A DNA stretch of 64,000 bases from Octopus sinensis. Its lineage: Eukaryota. Location of the stretch: positions 62,001 through 126,000 of the forward strand of contig NW_021836143.1 in assembly GCF_006345805.1 (NCBI RefSeq), given 5' to 3'. Below, in pieces: positions 1 to 14,879 of the stretch. The notes under the pieces are model-generated. The model was given only the letters and a program-made list of their open reading frames with translations, was not told where the DNA came from and did not search any database. Position 1 is the first letter of the stretch; each line of letters opens with the position of its first letter. The translations under genes and the position numbers were made by a program.

Positions 1-752
1 CAAACTTTCCGAGTCTAACCATATGCAGAGAGTGAATGTGTGCTCTTCTTTGCTGTCATATCTCATGAATGAACCTTTTTTTTTGGACCGCATAAAGACT
101 GGTGATGAAAAATAGGTTCTTTATATAAATGTCAAGTGCTGAAGACAGTGGGTAGGGAAAGGAGAAACACTGGCAATCCAGGCTAAAGAAGGTCTTCACA
201 CATGTAAGGTGTTATTATCTGTTTGGTAGGACATGAAGGTTTAGTCCACTTCAAACTTTTAAACCCCAACCAAGCAATAACAAAGGAGATCTACTGTGAG
301 TAGCTTGAGTGGCTTAAGTCAGCACTAGGAGGAAAATGGCCATCTTTGGTTTGTAGATGAAAAGTGTTTTTCCATCAGGATAATGCTCAGCCACATACAG
401 CAAGGATGACATCCCAAAGGCTGGATCAGTTTGAATGTGAAATGATGCCCACCCACTATATTTGCTGGGCATTGCTCCATCTGATTATCATTTATTCTGC
501 AGTCTCCAGCATCATCTGGACAGAAAAAAATATGAATTCTGTAGACGAGGTCAAAACAGTACTTGAGGAACATTTTTCATCACGGACAAGTGAATTTTGG
601 AAGACAGACCTTGCAAGTCTACCAGATAGATGGAAGAGTATTGTAGAAAATGAAGGAGAGTATATTTTAGATTAATAAAGAACTTTGTTTATCTTAATTT
701 TGAAAAATAGAAGAAGTATAAAAAAGACTGCATTATTTATGTTATGACCTAA
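1..752 (+). mobile_element. Decayed mariner (Tc1/mariner) transposon, 3' part with right TIR
   Basis: Conceptual translation through stops and frameshifts gives FLDRIKTGDEK, LHTCKVLLSVW, VFFHQDNAQPHTA and LPDRWKSIVENEGEY, which are mariner DD34D motifs. It ends in a TIR-like ...cattatttatgttatgacctaa followed by TA (753-754). Confidence 0.92.
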
Positions 753-3700
753 TACATAATTTGACCAAAATTGACCAAAATGCAGTTTCAGTTATCATTT
801 AAAGATCAAGGTTTTTCTTCCTCCACTATTTATTGATATTAAATGCTCAATCTCTGTATATTACTGTAATTCTTGTAAATCTTATTTGCTTCAAAATCCT
901 GGAAGTTATATGGTTAACTGATGCTACACATGGTTCACATATTTCTATTGATGTAAAGCAGAAATATTAATGTTCCTCCATCTGAATTGCAGCCCTTCAG
1001 CTATCAATGCACTGTATAACCAATTGATTGTTTCATCACAGCTACAAGGGGTATTTTTTTCTGTCAAACATCAGTCACTGTGCCAAATCAATACATCTAC
1101 TTCGTGTCCTTTTTGTTCTTATCTGTATCAGGCATTTAGTAAATCTCTTCACCTTCAAAAGTGCAACTTTCTGAAACTTCATTTTTTAATCAAAATATTT
1201 TTTTTGTTTATTTTCTATTCAAGTTAATTTCAAAAAATGTTTTCAATTATTCTTATTGCAGTAATGCTGGGCAACTAATCCCTTTGTTGTATATGAAGAA
1301 TAAAATACAAATTTAAAATTGCACAAAGCAACATTGAACCTTTGGTTAAGGTATTTTTTATTTTATATCCCCCAGTTGATTTTGTTCGGAAATAGTTTCC
1401 AAAAATGATTTCATAAGATCAGTTGTTATAAGGAAACAATAAATATATAATATACTTCTATTGATTCCATGCAGTTTTATAATTACATGGAGTCAATTGC
1501 TTGACTTTTTGTAGTCAAAGTTATCCAATGAGAGAGATTAGCAGCGACTTCAAAAGCTGCATGGAAGATGGGATTTGTAACATTAAAGTCTTATCTTTAT
1601 TCAAGAGCTGAAATGAGTAACTGAATTGAAATAGCAACAAATCAGAAAAACATGTGTCATAGACTCAACTCACTGCAAAGTTATCTCTTTCTCAAAATCA
1701 TTTGTCATTAGGAAAATATTATAAGTTACATAAGGAGAAACATAACTGTCTATAACAGCATGAAAATGTTCAAATTATTGAATCTACTACTAAAGCTAGC
1801 ATGGGAAAATATATTTAAAATAAGAGATATTCTACCAAACAATCTGCAATATAAATTTGAAAGAAGATTTTTCTAAGAAATCTATTTCTCTGACATTATG
1901 TATTCAAGGCTTATTTCTCGATGTAATTTGTATGCCAAATATGCAAGTATATAAAGAAATTTATTATAAAAATGCATTTAATTTTTATTCCTCCTAAATT
2001 TGTAATTCCTCTTTACAAACCACAATTTCCATTTAATATTTCAATAAACAGAATTCTAAAATAAATAATTGAATAGCTAAAACACACATATACTCACATC
2101 AGTATCTTAAATTGAATATTTACAAAGAACTGTATCTTTTTAGTATATATAAGTTATTTCTTACAAACAAAATAACATGTGATTATGTAATATATGCAAT
2201 AATAATAATGATAATAATATTTTTTACATTGTCAAAATGCCACACATTTCAGAGAAGGACATAGTCGACTGAATGAAACGCAGTTCATACAGGCATTCAT
2301 TTTATCAATCACAAATAGTAGAATGACAAAATTAGCTCTCATGTGAGTGGACTCAGAATGCTTAAAAAAGAGTAACCAAATGATGCAAGGTATTTTTTCC
2401 AGAGTTCTATAATGTTTACAACTCACTGCTCTTATAATAACAATAAGAATGGCTTATGACATTTGGACAGGGCAATTTCTGAATAGAAGATGGTTTATTT
2501 CAGCATTTGTACTTGAAAAGTACTTTTTGTCAACTCCAAAGGGTGAAAGCTGGTGCTGAGCTTGGCAAAATTAGAACATGGAACATTAAGAGGCATAAAA
2601 TACTGTAAGGAATTTTCTTTCAGTGCTCAATAATGTTGGCCACTCTACTTCTTATATAATATCCTGTAGAATGATGTCATTAATCCAGTCTTCTGAAATT
2701 ACACAGGTTATAGAATACCTGGCAACAATCCAGATGCCAAGCACCCATTCAAACTGAGTGTATTTAAATTTTTTACAATTTTTACAATGTTTAATTAAAA
2801 AAATCAGAACCTGTGTGCTATGGAAGGTCATACTTGCTCGTTGCCAACTAATCTTTGCAGATATCTTAATCTCAGACTCTGCACATTCAGACCATCTTTG
2901 ATGAGCTATTTGTAGCAGAGAGGCCAAGGCCTTCATTCTAAAGTGTACTTGATTTTCTATAAAAATTGGAATAGCAACTTTTCTATTTTACCCAGATATT
3001 TTTCAAGATATATGCAACATCCAGACAATAGCAGATCTTGGAGGGCAAAACATGTTTATAAACTTCTAGCTGAACTTTCAATGAATAGTGTTTGGAATTC
3101 ACAGATTGACTAATTCTATTTAGTAATGTCCGTTTGGAGGTCAAGTTAAACAAAGAGTGTATAAGATTTATTTTGCTTATGTATCAAACAGAAATGCATA
3201 AATGTACAAAATAACTATAGACATTTCAGAACAGCTTTGAAATTTTTCCTTGATTGATTTTTCAACCCTACAATATTTTCATTTTCTCTAATTTGATAAT
3301 CATCAAGACTGAATTTTGTTAGGTTTGTTACTATGATACACCAAAAATATAACTCACCCATAGTCATCCCTGACTGAACCAAGCTATGCAATATCCTGTC
3401 CAATTGCCTTATTCTTCATAATACTAATTTTAACCAATATAATTGACAATATATTTGAATCAGTGCCTTTCACCAGAATCATTGATCACAATGCTTAGTT
3501 GGGTTGTTAACCTAAAATATTTAATTATTTCCCCACCCTTTCTCAAAATCAAGACTTCGGTTGCTCTTCTATAAGTTACAGCATACAAGATTGAACCCAA
3601 TATATTGGGTAATTCTTTAAAAGCTATGTAAGGAAAACCTATGAGGAACGAAAGATTTTAGATTTTTTGCATTCTCTTTGATCTCTGAATGTACCTTATT

Positions 3701-4474
3701 GATTTGAATAAATCTATAACACAACTCCAAATCTCTAGCTGACATGACAAATGTAGTTATTTCCCTGATTCAGAACACCAATGACCAGATGTACTTTAGT
3801 AAGTTGTAACTATGCCATCAGTTTCTTAGACATAATGCAGTTCTATCTATATTATCCAGTTTATTCCTAAGATGGTATAGTTTGAGTGAGAGAGAGAGAG
3901 AGAGAAGAAGAATGAGAAGGAGAGAATTAACTAATATTTCTAGCGAACATGGTATCCCTTTAGGTTTGCCCCTGGCAGACACTAGTCCCCAAACACATTT
4001 ACAAAATGGTCTCTGAAATATTCAGGAATGTAAATCCTGGAAATATTGGATTGTAAATGTGTCTTGAGTCATTACAGACCTTTTGGGAGCGTTGCTGTCT
4101 CTGTGAATTTTTACTGCGCTAAGCAAGTGAACAGTAGCACAACTAATTATAACAACTTTAAACTCTAAACATACAACTTTCATGACTGACATCACATCAA
4201 AAACTAATTTTGCTGTTTTGCATCAAGCTTATTTTTTTCTCCTTTATTTTAAGCTCACTACTACTAATTAATATAAATACTCCCAATGAAATAACCTTAA
4301 TTTCACTAGTTACTACATCTTCAAAGATTTTCTATGTCAAGATGAAAACACTAAGCTTTCATTATACAATCTAAATTCTCCAATCAGGAATTTTAGTCAA
4401 AGTACACCATCATGTCAAGCTGTGGCTAGCTAACTAATTCATTGTTTCTTGACCTTAATAATAATAATGATAAG

Positions 4475-5290
4475 CCTTTCTACTATAGGTACAAGGCCTG
4501 AAATTTGGGGCAGGGGGATAGTTGATTACCTCAACTCCAGTGCTCAGCAGATACTTATTTTATTGACCTCGAAAGTATAAAAGGCAAAATCAACCTCAGT
4601 AAATGATTTCAAATTTTGGCACAAGGCCAGCAATTTCAGGGGAGGGGTTTACTCGATTACAAAGACCCTAGCACTCAACTGGTACATATTTTATTGACCC
4701 TGAAAGAATGAAAGGCAAAGTCAGCCTCACCACAATTTGAATTCAGAAACTAAAGATGGACAAAATGCCACTAAGCACTTTGCACAGTATGCTAATGATT
4801 CTGCCAGCCATTGCCTTGATAATAATAATAATAATAATAATCCTGTCTACTATAAGTACAAGGCATGACCTTTTGAGGGGCAGGGCTAGTCAATTACATG
4901 TATCCTAGTATGCAACTGTTTCATATAGACCCAGAAATGATGAAGGTAAAGTTGACCCTCATGGAATTTGAACTCTGAACATAAAACTGGAAGAAATGCC
5001 ACTAAGAATTTTGTGAAGCTAACATATTCTACCAGCTCACCACCTTGTTGTTGATGATTATGAGGATCATAATAATAATAATCCTTTCTACTATAGGCAC
5101 AAAGCTTGAAATTTTGGTGGAGGGGATAATCGATTACATCAACCCTAGAGTGTAACTCATACTTATTTCATTGACTCTGGAAAAATGAAAGGCAAAGTCA
5201 CCCTTGGTGGAATTTGAACTCAGAATGTAAAGATGGATTAAATGCTGCCAAGCATTTTGCCTGCTGTACTAATGATTCTGCCTATGGTGA
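4475..5290 (-). mobile_element. Head-to-tail array of 4 tRNA-derived SINEs (family C), mostly separated by (AAT)n
   Basis: Four related ~130-220 bp copies. The minus strand shows a B box (GAGTTCAAATTCC-like), a shared core resembling GCCTTTCATCCTTTCGGGGTCAATAAAATAAGTACC and an (ATT)n tail. Confidence 0.85.
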
Positions 5291-8200
5291 TGATGATGAT
5301 GATAATAATAAATAAGAAAAAGACAATTACAATAATTTACAAAAAAAAAAGGATCTAATTATTCCTAAATTTGTCTTACAATTGTTTTAATTATTATTAC
5401 TGAAGTCAGGAGAACCATTACTCATTGTCTTCTTGGATCCAAATGATGACCGGAAGAACATAAAGCTAATTTTGTCAAGCTGAAATTTTTCTTAAAGTTA
5501 AAGGTTATGGGGGTAAATGGGCATTCAATAAACTAAGGCTTTTGAAATGAAAAATTAATGCTGAGTTAGGCACAAGAAGCTGGGAATTAGTTGTGGGATG
5601 GTAAGCAGCAATTGTAAAATTAAGGCTAAGTAAAAACCAAATTCAGGATATAGTAGATGCAACAAAGCAATGATAAGAAACATAGTATATACCCACAGCT
5701 AGTGAGGATCCATCTAAACAATCATTTGACCTGCTAGAATTAGCAGCCAAATATTTTCAAATCATAACCCTAATCTCCTGGAAGAATACACTATACACAC
5801 TTTGAACACAGGTTGGCTCAGTCTGGGCTGGTCTAGGTTCAACAACAACAATCTCAATGAGGAAGAGGTCGATTAGGCAGACTGCCTTATTTTTGATAAA
5901 GTCTAAGATACCAGTAATAGATGTCAGCATGTTATGATAAATTTTTACGAATATATTGATCTTGTAGAAAATCACCTGATCAAGGCTGAAATATTTCTTG
6001 GTTTTGAAGTGATAAAAGATATTTTGTGACAGCCATGGATATAACCTATCCCTCAAGCCTAAACCACTTCAAAAGTAAAATAAAATATGAATTATCAAGA
6101 TAATCAAAGTTTTCCAGGCTATTAAGCTTATATTTTATGCTTTCATGTAGACAAAATTGCGATCTATCAGATCTTTGAGTCATCTTTGTTCAGACATATA
6201 TAATCAAATACCTAAATAATTTAATCAACAATTTTATGTTAAAGATCATGCACATTTCCAACATGTAAAGTATATCTTGTACAATTCTGGTTCAGGAACA
6301 TATTCACATTCTGCAACAAATGTGTTAAATTGTCAGGACAGATTATGATATGTATAGCATGTTGAACTGTGTTAAACATAAAACTCAGTCAAATGTTATT
6401 CACAGCTGAGTTTTGTTCACATATCTGGTATTGTACTGTTGCTACACAGCAGACACAAACATATTAGTGCTAAAAAACGATGTCAATATGCTGATTGGCA
6501 AAGACTGTCTTACAACAAACTGTAATGACAAGGCTAAACCAAGCTACAACTTCAGCTAGTTTGACCCTGAACACAAAAAAAAAAATTGCATACCATATCT
6601 AATCTAGTCCAGTCATGATTTCTTCTCCCAAGAATTGCTGCTGTCTGAAGTTCCTTCTCCAGCCTGTTTTCCAACTAGTACTGGTCTTTGGAATATAGAC
6701 TGCACTGAGCTCAATCTCAGAGGAACTATTAATTTATGGTAATGTTCTTTATCCAACTTATGATAAAGGAATGAGAAATATACTCATAGAATTTAGTAGT
6801 TCTTGTGGCACAAGTAAAAGTTGATCCAAGTAAATGATCAAAAGCTACAATTACTTGGAACCCATTACAAGGAATTTGTAATTGACTCACAATATTGCAA
6901 AGCAATGAAACAAATAGTTGTGACAAAGAGACTTAAAGCCAGAGGTAAATATATGGCAATATGTTATTAGTATATATTATACTATTAGCAATTTCAATTT
7001 CATTGAACGGCTATCAGGACTCAAGCTCACCACTGACTAGCATTATACTTAGCAATGTAATAAGATTAACATAAAGTATGTAGAATAAGGTACTGATAGC
7101 ATAATGTAGATTTAAATAAAGATTTACATAAATTACATAGATTTAAATAAAGATTTAGATAAAGTGCTTACATCATCATTGTAAAGAAAATAGTCTGAGT
7201 ATCAAGTTAGTAGAACCAAACCAGAACTGAATAAAGAACACTTCTGAAAATTCCCATTTATTTAGTTTCTATTGACATGTTCACTATGGCCATTGTTAAT
7301 GAGTGACATTGAATCTATCACTACTGATAGCCAACTAACATTATGCAGTGCTATCAATGACATTATATATTGTCACTGGCAAACTATTGCTACTGAAACT
7401 GAACATATTGTCATTAACAATCTATTGCAAATGGCAGTTCATTGCTAGAGTCTTTGAGTCTATTATCCTTAAATATCGATCTCAGTGGGAAGTCTATTGC
7501 TATTGGCACTGAGCCTAGTGATAGAGATAGTTCTTTGTCATCAAACAAGGAATCTTTAAGGTGGGAATATCAATATCTGGCATCTCCTAATGTTCTAAAT
7601 ATTGATTTTTAGCAGCGTCCTTTAGATACCTGGTAATAACAACTTTAAGAAGAAAATTCTGAAGATCTTATTAAAATTTTAACATCAGAGCAAGGTTATA
7701 GCAAATGCAAGACATGGAAATGAACGCAGGAAAGATTAACACATAATGAAAGCATGTTTAAAATAAAATCAAAATTAGTTTAAAAGCAAAAATGATTAAA
7801 ACATATTTATAAGAATAATTATCTGAATTAATAGTAATTTATTATTGGGAAAACTATATCACAGAAATAACAATTATAATTTTTAATAAATGTTAGATCT
7901 TTCAAAATATGAGGCACATCTGACTACATGCACATCTGACAAAAAGTTTGCACTTTAAGCCACCATAATTATATAACCTGGTGAGGCAGCTGACTCAATC
8001 TCAATATGTGTCTATCTCTGGGAAAACCTTGAATGCAATACTTGCTATTTACACTTCATCACAGACCAACCAGATGGCAGAATCAGTAGAGCAGTAGATA
8101 AAACACTTTGCAGTATTTAGTTATATTCCTTTACAAGCTGAACTCAAATCTCACTGAAGTTACTTTGCTTTCATCTGTTGAGATGAAATAATTACTAAAG

Positions 8201-9677
8201 TCAATATAATTACCTGCTCTTACTTAAGAGTTTCCTGACCTTGTGTCAATTTTAGAAACCATTAATAAACTTGCATCAACATATGTATGATTTCAGCAGT
8301 ACATGTAGATTTTGAATACATTTATAAAAGGTATTTAGTATCAAGAGTTTGTGTAATACAAAGCCAAGTATTGTGGTCGATATTAAAAATATATTACACA
8401 TGCACAAATGCTATGGGTCAAATGAGATATTACAAATAATCCCTTTTCATTTTAAGTTATCTTAGAAAATGATTATGCTTTACTTTTGATCAAGTACAGG
8501 ACAATACTGTTGCAAATTGTTTGCTTAGCTTATTAGTTGTCTCTGATATATACATAATTGTCTACTTTTATTTAGACAAATTGATATTAAAATATTATCA
8601 GTAAATTGTTTCATAATACTGAAGCGATTTCTATGCTCTGGATCATTAGCTGTATCTTATTATTATTAGACACTATTATTGCTAACATAGCCATGATATT
8701 CTTATTATTATTTCAGTGAGCTATGAAGTATGCTGATAAACGAATTTCCATTTGTAATCACTTCACATATCATTAATACTCATGGGAAATATACGAAAGT
8801 CTGAAATTTCCTTTTCCTTTTACCCATTTTAACTATCTCATTTTCTTTCCACTTATAAAGTGAATATTTCATGCCCACATGAATAATAATAATAATTATT
8901 ATAATTAAGTGTAGATTAGGGGTACAAGGCAAAAGTCTTTACAATCTCTTATTATTGCCATATTTAATGTATTTAACATTAAAAAAAAAATAATAAAACC
9001 AAGAAATATTTTTTTCATTTTCCAGGCAAATTTAACTTGAAACACATTTCCTTAGTAAAGAAAAGGTTTTTCCATCCTCACCCACGTAAATGACTGAACC
9101 TTTAAGTAAGAATGCAACACATTAGTCATTAATAAATATTGTTCATTTCTCACAGTGTGAGTATTCCTAGTCAATATAGTGCCTCATACTTTAATCTATT
9201 AACACTAAGTCAGTGTTTTTCTAGTGGAAGACATCTCATAATTATTAACCTTTTTTAGTTTGGCACCACGTTATTGAGATAAAATAAGTTAAGATGAATA
9301 CTATTACAGTATCACTACCATCATCATCATCATCACCAATAACAAACTAGAAGTCATTAAATGATAATTTGAAATGTTAAAAGCAACAACCAAATCTTAT
9401 TTAAATCGCATCCTACCATCTAAAAAGGGAGGAAGGAGATATTGGACGTTGAAATTGCTGATATGTAAATAATAAGAGAGCCAAAAAAATCAACATCAGC
9501 ATGGTCTGAAATCCACAAAAATGATCCAGACCTCTTTCTTTTATATTGCTCCATTACTGTTTACTTTTCTGACTTCTGCTTCTGGCTATCTTTTTTCTTT
9601 ACTTGACTTACTGCAACATACTGTCCCATTTTTTCACCCTTATTGGCGGAATGTAGTGCACCTAAATACTGTCCATT

Positions 9678-10032
9678 ATTAATACCTCTGCCTCAGGGAA
9701 GGTGGAGGTTTTGTTTTCAGTTGTATTTGTTTGTCTGAGGACAAGATATCTCAAGAACCGCTAGAGGGATTTGGATGAAACTTTTAGAGATGTATGGCAC
9801 AAACTGATAAGATTTAGGGATTGATTCAGTACCGGACAAGGATTCTGGATTATTTTTCTGTTTTTTTTTACTTAATTTTTGAGAGCGGTCAGGTTCATTT
9901 TTAGTATTCTCGTTTGTGAGAGCAATTGAGTTTATTTCAGACATTCTCATTTTAAAAATCATCTCTAGCTAATTATCAAGAGGACATTGGTATTGCTTTG
10001 GCGGAGGTTTGTGCTCTCTGAGTGCTCTTGTT
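9678..10032 (+). mobile_element. Helentron/DINE-1 (HINE)-like non-autonomous element
   Basis: 5' tattaatacctctgcc and 3' ttggcggaggtttgtgctctctgagtgctcttgtt. Subterminal inverted motifs cctctgcc/ggcggagg, internal gtttgtctg simple repeat, T-rich ends. Confidence 0.6.
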
Positions 10033-13000
10033 ACATTATTATTATTATTGAAACTTTTAAAGCACTTTTTTAATATTTATTTACATCCTGTAGAGTAAAA
10101 CAAGGCTGTAAACAGCAACAATTTATATCAATAATATTATTTAAAGCATTAGAATGCAAATTTTCTTTACATTGAACAAGGAATATAAACAAAAAATTAA
10201 TTTCAATTAATATTACAATATAATTAAACATACAATAATTTTGTTTCAGTTTTTATTGTTTTACTGTTAATTCAATTTACAGTTAGCAACATTATTTCCT
10301 CTTAAATAATTTATAACTGAGAAATAACAAGATCATTATTTTAGCTATTTATTATTTTTTCTACTCTTAGATGCAACATTCTTAATACATCCTAATACTA
10401 ATGCAATTCAACAGAACTCATATTCCTAATTTATACATTATGCATGTTGATACTGTATCACATTCTTTCCACCAAAGTGTATTTATTTAACATGTGACAT
10501 AAAATAAAGCATGAAATACCTATTTTAAGTGCTCCAGCCTATGGAACTATGAATATATAACATTGCACATAATTTTATTCCTACAGATTACTAAGGGAGA
10601 ATACCATAGGCAATAGTCCCAAAGAAGATATAGACTAATTTTACCATTTAGAGAAACATGGTAACTTTGTAGCATACTTCATTGTAATAAGTTTGTCAAT
10701 TCATACTTAAATGTTTATTTTTGCTTTTAAATCTACAGAACATAATCATTCTATGAAATTCTGAGTTTAAAAAAGTATACTGAAATATTCAGCTTGGTCA
10801 TTTTGAATATAGTAGAACCTTTCAAATAACTTATTTATCAAACTATAGTTCAGTTATCTAACACACCCTATATAGTTCAATGTACTACTATTTCTGCTTT
10901 TCCCTTGTCCAGCCAAACCAGAATAGGAATAATAAGGATTTGTTAATCAAGCATAAAATTTGATAATAAAGTAGCAGGAATTGGATCATTGTAATGTTCA
11001 TAATTTTCACACAAAGTACATTAGGGCAATAAGTAATACTGTTTTAGTAAAAACTTAAACCTAAAAAAATAGATTTCCTTTCAAATGAACATATTTCTGT
11101 ATCCTATGTCTACCACAATGGACCAAGTCTCATTTGGATTTATTGATTATAACAAAATTAATATACATTATATAATTGTATATGTAGTTTATCATTTATA
11201 TTTGCACTTAGTATATTACCTGTGTGGAGATTATATTTATATTACTTACAGATACAATGAGTACGATAAGCAACTATTCATTTAACTTTCCTTCTGTTCT
11301 TCTCTAATTTCATCTTAAACAATCATAAAACATTTCACTATTTTTCTTTATAGACATACTATTTTGCTATTTATTTACAATTATCAAATATGCATTTTAT
11401 CATGAATACCAGATAATTGCACAAATGTTTTTGTTTTGTATGTTATTGTCATTGTTGATTTCTTTTTCATTGTTTTCTTCAAAGTAATTAATAATATATA
11501 ATTTTTTTTTATTATGTTCTAAAATATTGTATAATTATTCCTATTCATTTATTTTTACCAAATCATTCTAAGACAAACACTCTCTCTTTCAACAAGAAAA
11601 TTTTTAATAAAAGGCATTCAATTCCAAATTAGGTATTTCTGAGCACTTGAATCAAATGCATGTTAAGAAAAGAAAGAAAAATAAATTGAAAGTTAGCAAT
11701 AAAACAGTATGTAAAAGAAAAGAATTATGGCATGATAAAGATAATTACTTTTATTATCTATTAATTATTCTTAGATAATTAATCCACATAATTTTCATGA
11801 GAGCTTTTACATTGGAGCTCTATTACAATGCTCTATTATTTTCTTATTTCTACCAAATGAAAGAAATATAACCATTAAACTGGAAGATCTTCTAAAACAT
11901 TCTAACCTCGGTAAGAAAAGAATGAAAACATATCAATAGAAATCCAACTCGGGTTTTAAAATCTCTCATCTCAAAACTAAAGCCGAATGAAATATGAGCA
12001 CTGGCACCAACAAAATCCAGATGTTCCATACTGTTCTCTGTTCAATAGTTCTATAGAAAGGTCTTGTTCCAACAATCATGTATTACATTTGTATACTATC
12101 CATCTCTGATCAATTTATTTTTCACACCGTAGAAAAGAAGAAATAAAATAACCCAAGAGGAAATAACACAACATCCAATGAATGGGAGCTCTCTAGGATA
12201 AGACAGGTAAATGAGTCAATGAGACTGCTAATTCTTTATTGAAAAACTGGTAATAGTGTATGAGTTACATTAGAGGATAATGGTAGTGCTTTCTGGAATT
12301 ACGCATTGTATGTTCCATGCTGATTTCAGAGAGTAAAATATATGAAGGGTACAACTTTGGGATGACATTGCTGCTAATTTCAAATAAGCACTGATAGAAT
12401 ACAGAAACTAAAGAAATAGATTTTTCAAGAGTTCATCAATGAGGGAAATGCTTTCTTTTGTACACAGTGACTGTTTTAGACATCAAAATTAATGTATTGT
12501 GAAAAGTATAGATTAAAGTCTAATCAAGAACACTCTTAAACAGTTTACTACAGGAAAGAAAACCAAATTTACTAGATGAACTTTTAACTTCTATCAAGAA
12601 TGTTGTATCACACATTCAACGTACAGCAGGATAATAATAATGTCCTTGCAAATTGTTCTACTCAAGATACTGGCAAAAACCCTCAACAATATGCAACTCA
12701 TGGCTTTACTCTGCTCCGAATGTTCTCTGCGTATGTCCATTTATATTGTGGCACAGTCTATTAGGAGCCAACCAATAGGGGTGTTCTACTTCCACACAAC
12801 AGGGAAGAAGGTCACAAAATTGGAAGGAGGGAGGGTATCATTGAATAAATCATCACTGGTACTGACTGCTATTTTATTTTATCAGCCAAGAAAAATTGAG
12901 AAAAAAAGTCACATTTAACATGATTTCAACTCAGAATGTGAAGGGATGTAAATGAATAACTACAAGGTGTTTGGGCAGGCATTTTAACCATCTTGTCAAT

Positions 13001-14149
13001 CAGCAGCCTATTTCCCGGTTAAAATTTTGATGACTTAAGAAAATAGGTTCCTAAAAAGGTCATAACTGATTCTTTACATGGGAAACTTTAAACTGAAATT
13101 ATTCTTTTTTACAATGTTAAGTTAACTTGGATAATTTCAGTTTGTAGTTGCCTAGAGTGCAGCAAGTGGGTCCAATATTATTTCCATGAAAGTCTTTGTT
13201 TTACTTCAATTTTGTTTAAAATTCATTAGGGGCTCACAGGTATAGCCAGAAATTCAAACTAAGTAAACTACGAAACAATGTCATACTGAGTATAACAACT
13301 CTTTGCTTTCATGGTTAAAAGATTTGTCCAAAATGCTGTGTTATGTTAAGGTATCAGCTACATAGAGTAAAATTAGGAAAACCAACATATTAGTTGGAGA
13401 TTACAGAAATGAATGCAAATATTTGGAGATTATGGAAACTAATAGAATATCAAATGCTTCTTTTTATTTGGCATCGATTTCTTTCTTTTATTTCTGAATC
13501 AAATTAAAAAGTTTAGTAGCATGATTTACCCTTGAAAATGTTATCAAATGGTTAAAGAGAATGAAAAACTATAATTCTATGTATTATGAAAATTTCATGG
13601 AAAATGAATCAATGTGTCGGTGCACTATGAGATGAAGCAGAGGGCAAGAAATTGGTTCCAGTCGTTTATCAGAGTTATACAAGTATAAAAGTAATGGAAG
13701 ACATTATTCATGGTAGTAAGTGTTAGTGTATATTTATAGGAGAACGAATAAAGCTACACTGACTAAATAGATAAACAAGAAGGAAAACATGGTCATATGG
13801 TACAGAAATATTGAAAAATTTTACCAATAATTTGGTCAATAAATGTTATTGTTAAGCGTTTGTGTACCTATAAGAAACAGAATGAAGATGTTCTGATGGG
13901 ATGACAAACAAAAACTAAAGTAAATATGTAAAATATAAAGATAAAATTATTTTAAAGTACTGAGCAACTTTTGGCTGAACCCAAAATAGAAATATATTTT
14001 AAAAACGTAGATTTGGTTCGTTTGCAGTGTAATTATTCAACAAATTTGTTGGGTCAGTTACAGCTATACATAAAGTGATAGCAGTATAATAATTATAAAA
14101 TGAAAACACTTATATAAATACATACATATATATATACACACACACACAT

Positions 14150-14680
14150 ATATATATTCCTCTAACGTCACCAAGTCACGAGCCATTGGTCATCCACCCA
14201 TCAAATCATACTGAATTTTTACAGATGCAGTCTGTCTTTCCATCCTCTCATCTCCTGCTTCGCATACACTCTTGCAATTCCAACAAACTTCTACACACCT
14301 TGTGCCATGAGGCACTGCATCCCTACTATCTCTTTGCAGCTCATATTCATCATTCTCTCCCTTTCCCACTAACTATAGTACCCATGCAGCAACTCTGCAA
14401 GAACCTGCTCTTTCCCCACTCTTCTCTCATAGTTTAACCTCTCATAAAGCTGCCTCCCTACTCAGGGCTTATTATCTTGCAAGCTGCCCGGTGACCTCAA
14501 TAGTGCTGGTGGAACAGTAAAAGCACCAAGTACATGCTGTAAAGTGGTTATCATTAGGAGGGCATCAAGCCATAGAAACCATACCAAAGCAGACACTGGA
14601 GCATGATGCAGTTCTTGGACCCAACAGATCCTGTCAAATCAACCAACCCATTCCAGTATGGAACATAGACAGTAAATGAA
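14150..14680. mobile_element. Degraded RTE-related LINE/SINE fragments
   Basis: The distal part resembles the family-B SINE tail (aggagggcatcaagccatagaaac...aacccattccagtatgga). The proximal part is a purine/pyrimidine-biased LINE-like relic. Confidence 0.45.
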
Positions 14681-14879
14681 ACTGAAACTCTGTGTGAGTG
14701 TGTATAAGGTTAGTAGAGTTAGAGGCTGGAATAACCATCTGAGGGATAAAAGCATCCGTTATACTACCGGTATAATTACCTATGTTAACCCCAGGCATAC
14801 ATATGCAAGCATATTATGCTCATAGATTATAGGTAATGACAAAGATAAACATGAGTTTATCAGGAATCATATTTAAAGT

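Noticed and set aside
9611-9660. 50-nt minus-strand segment between tatttag and gtaagt
   Set aside because: No pyrimidine tract, no Ig-like sequence, and it sits at the edge of the HINE-like element.
11966-12050. Possible terminal exon with a hydrophobic GPI-like tail (TIEQRTVWNIWILLVPVLIFHSALVLR*) after ctttctatag
   Set aside because: It would suit an IgLON-like protein, but hydrophobic runs are common in AT-rich DNA, it needs phase 2 and no linking exon was found.
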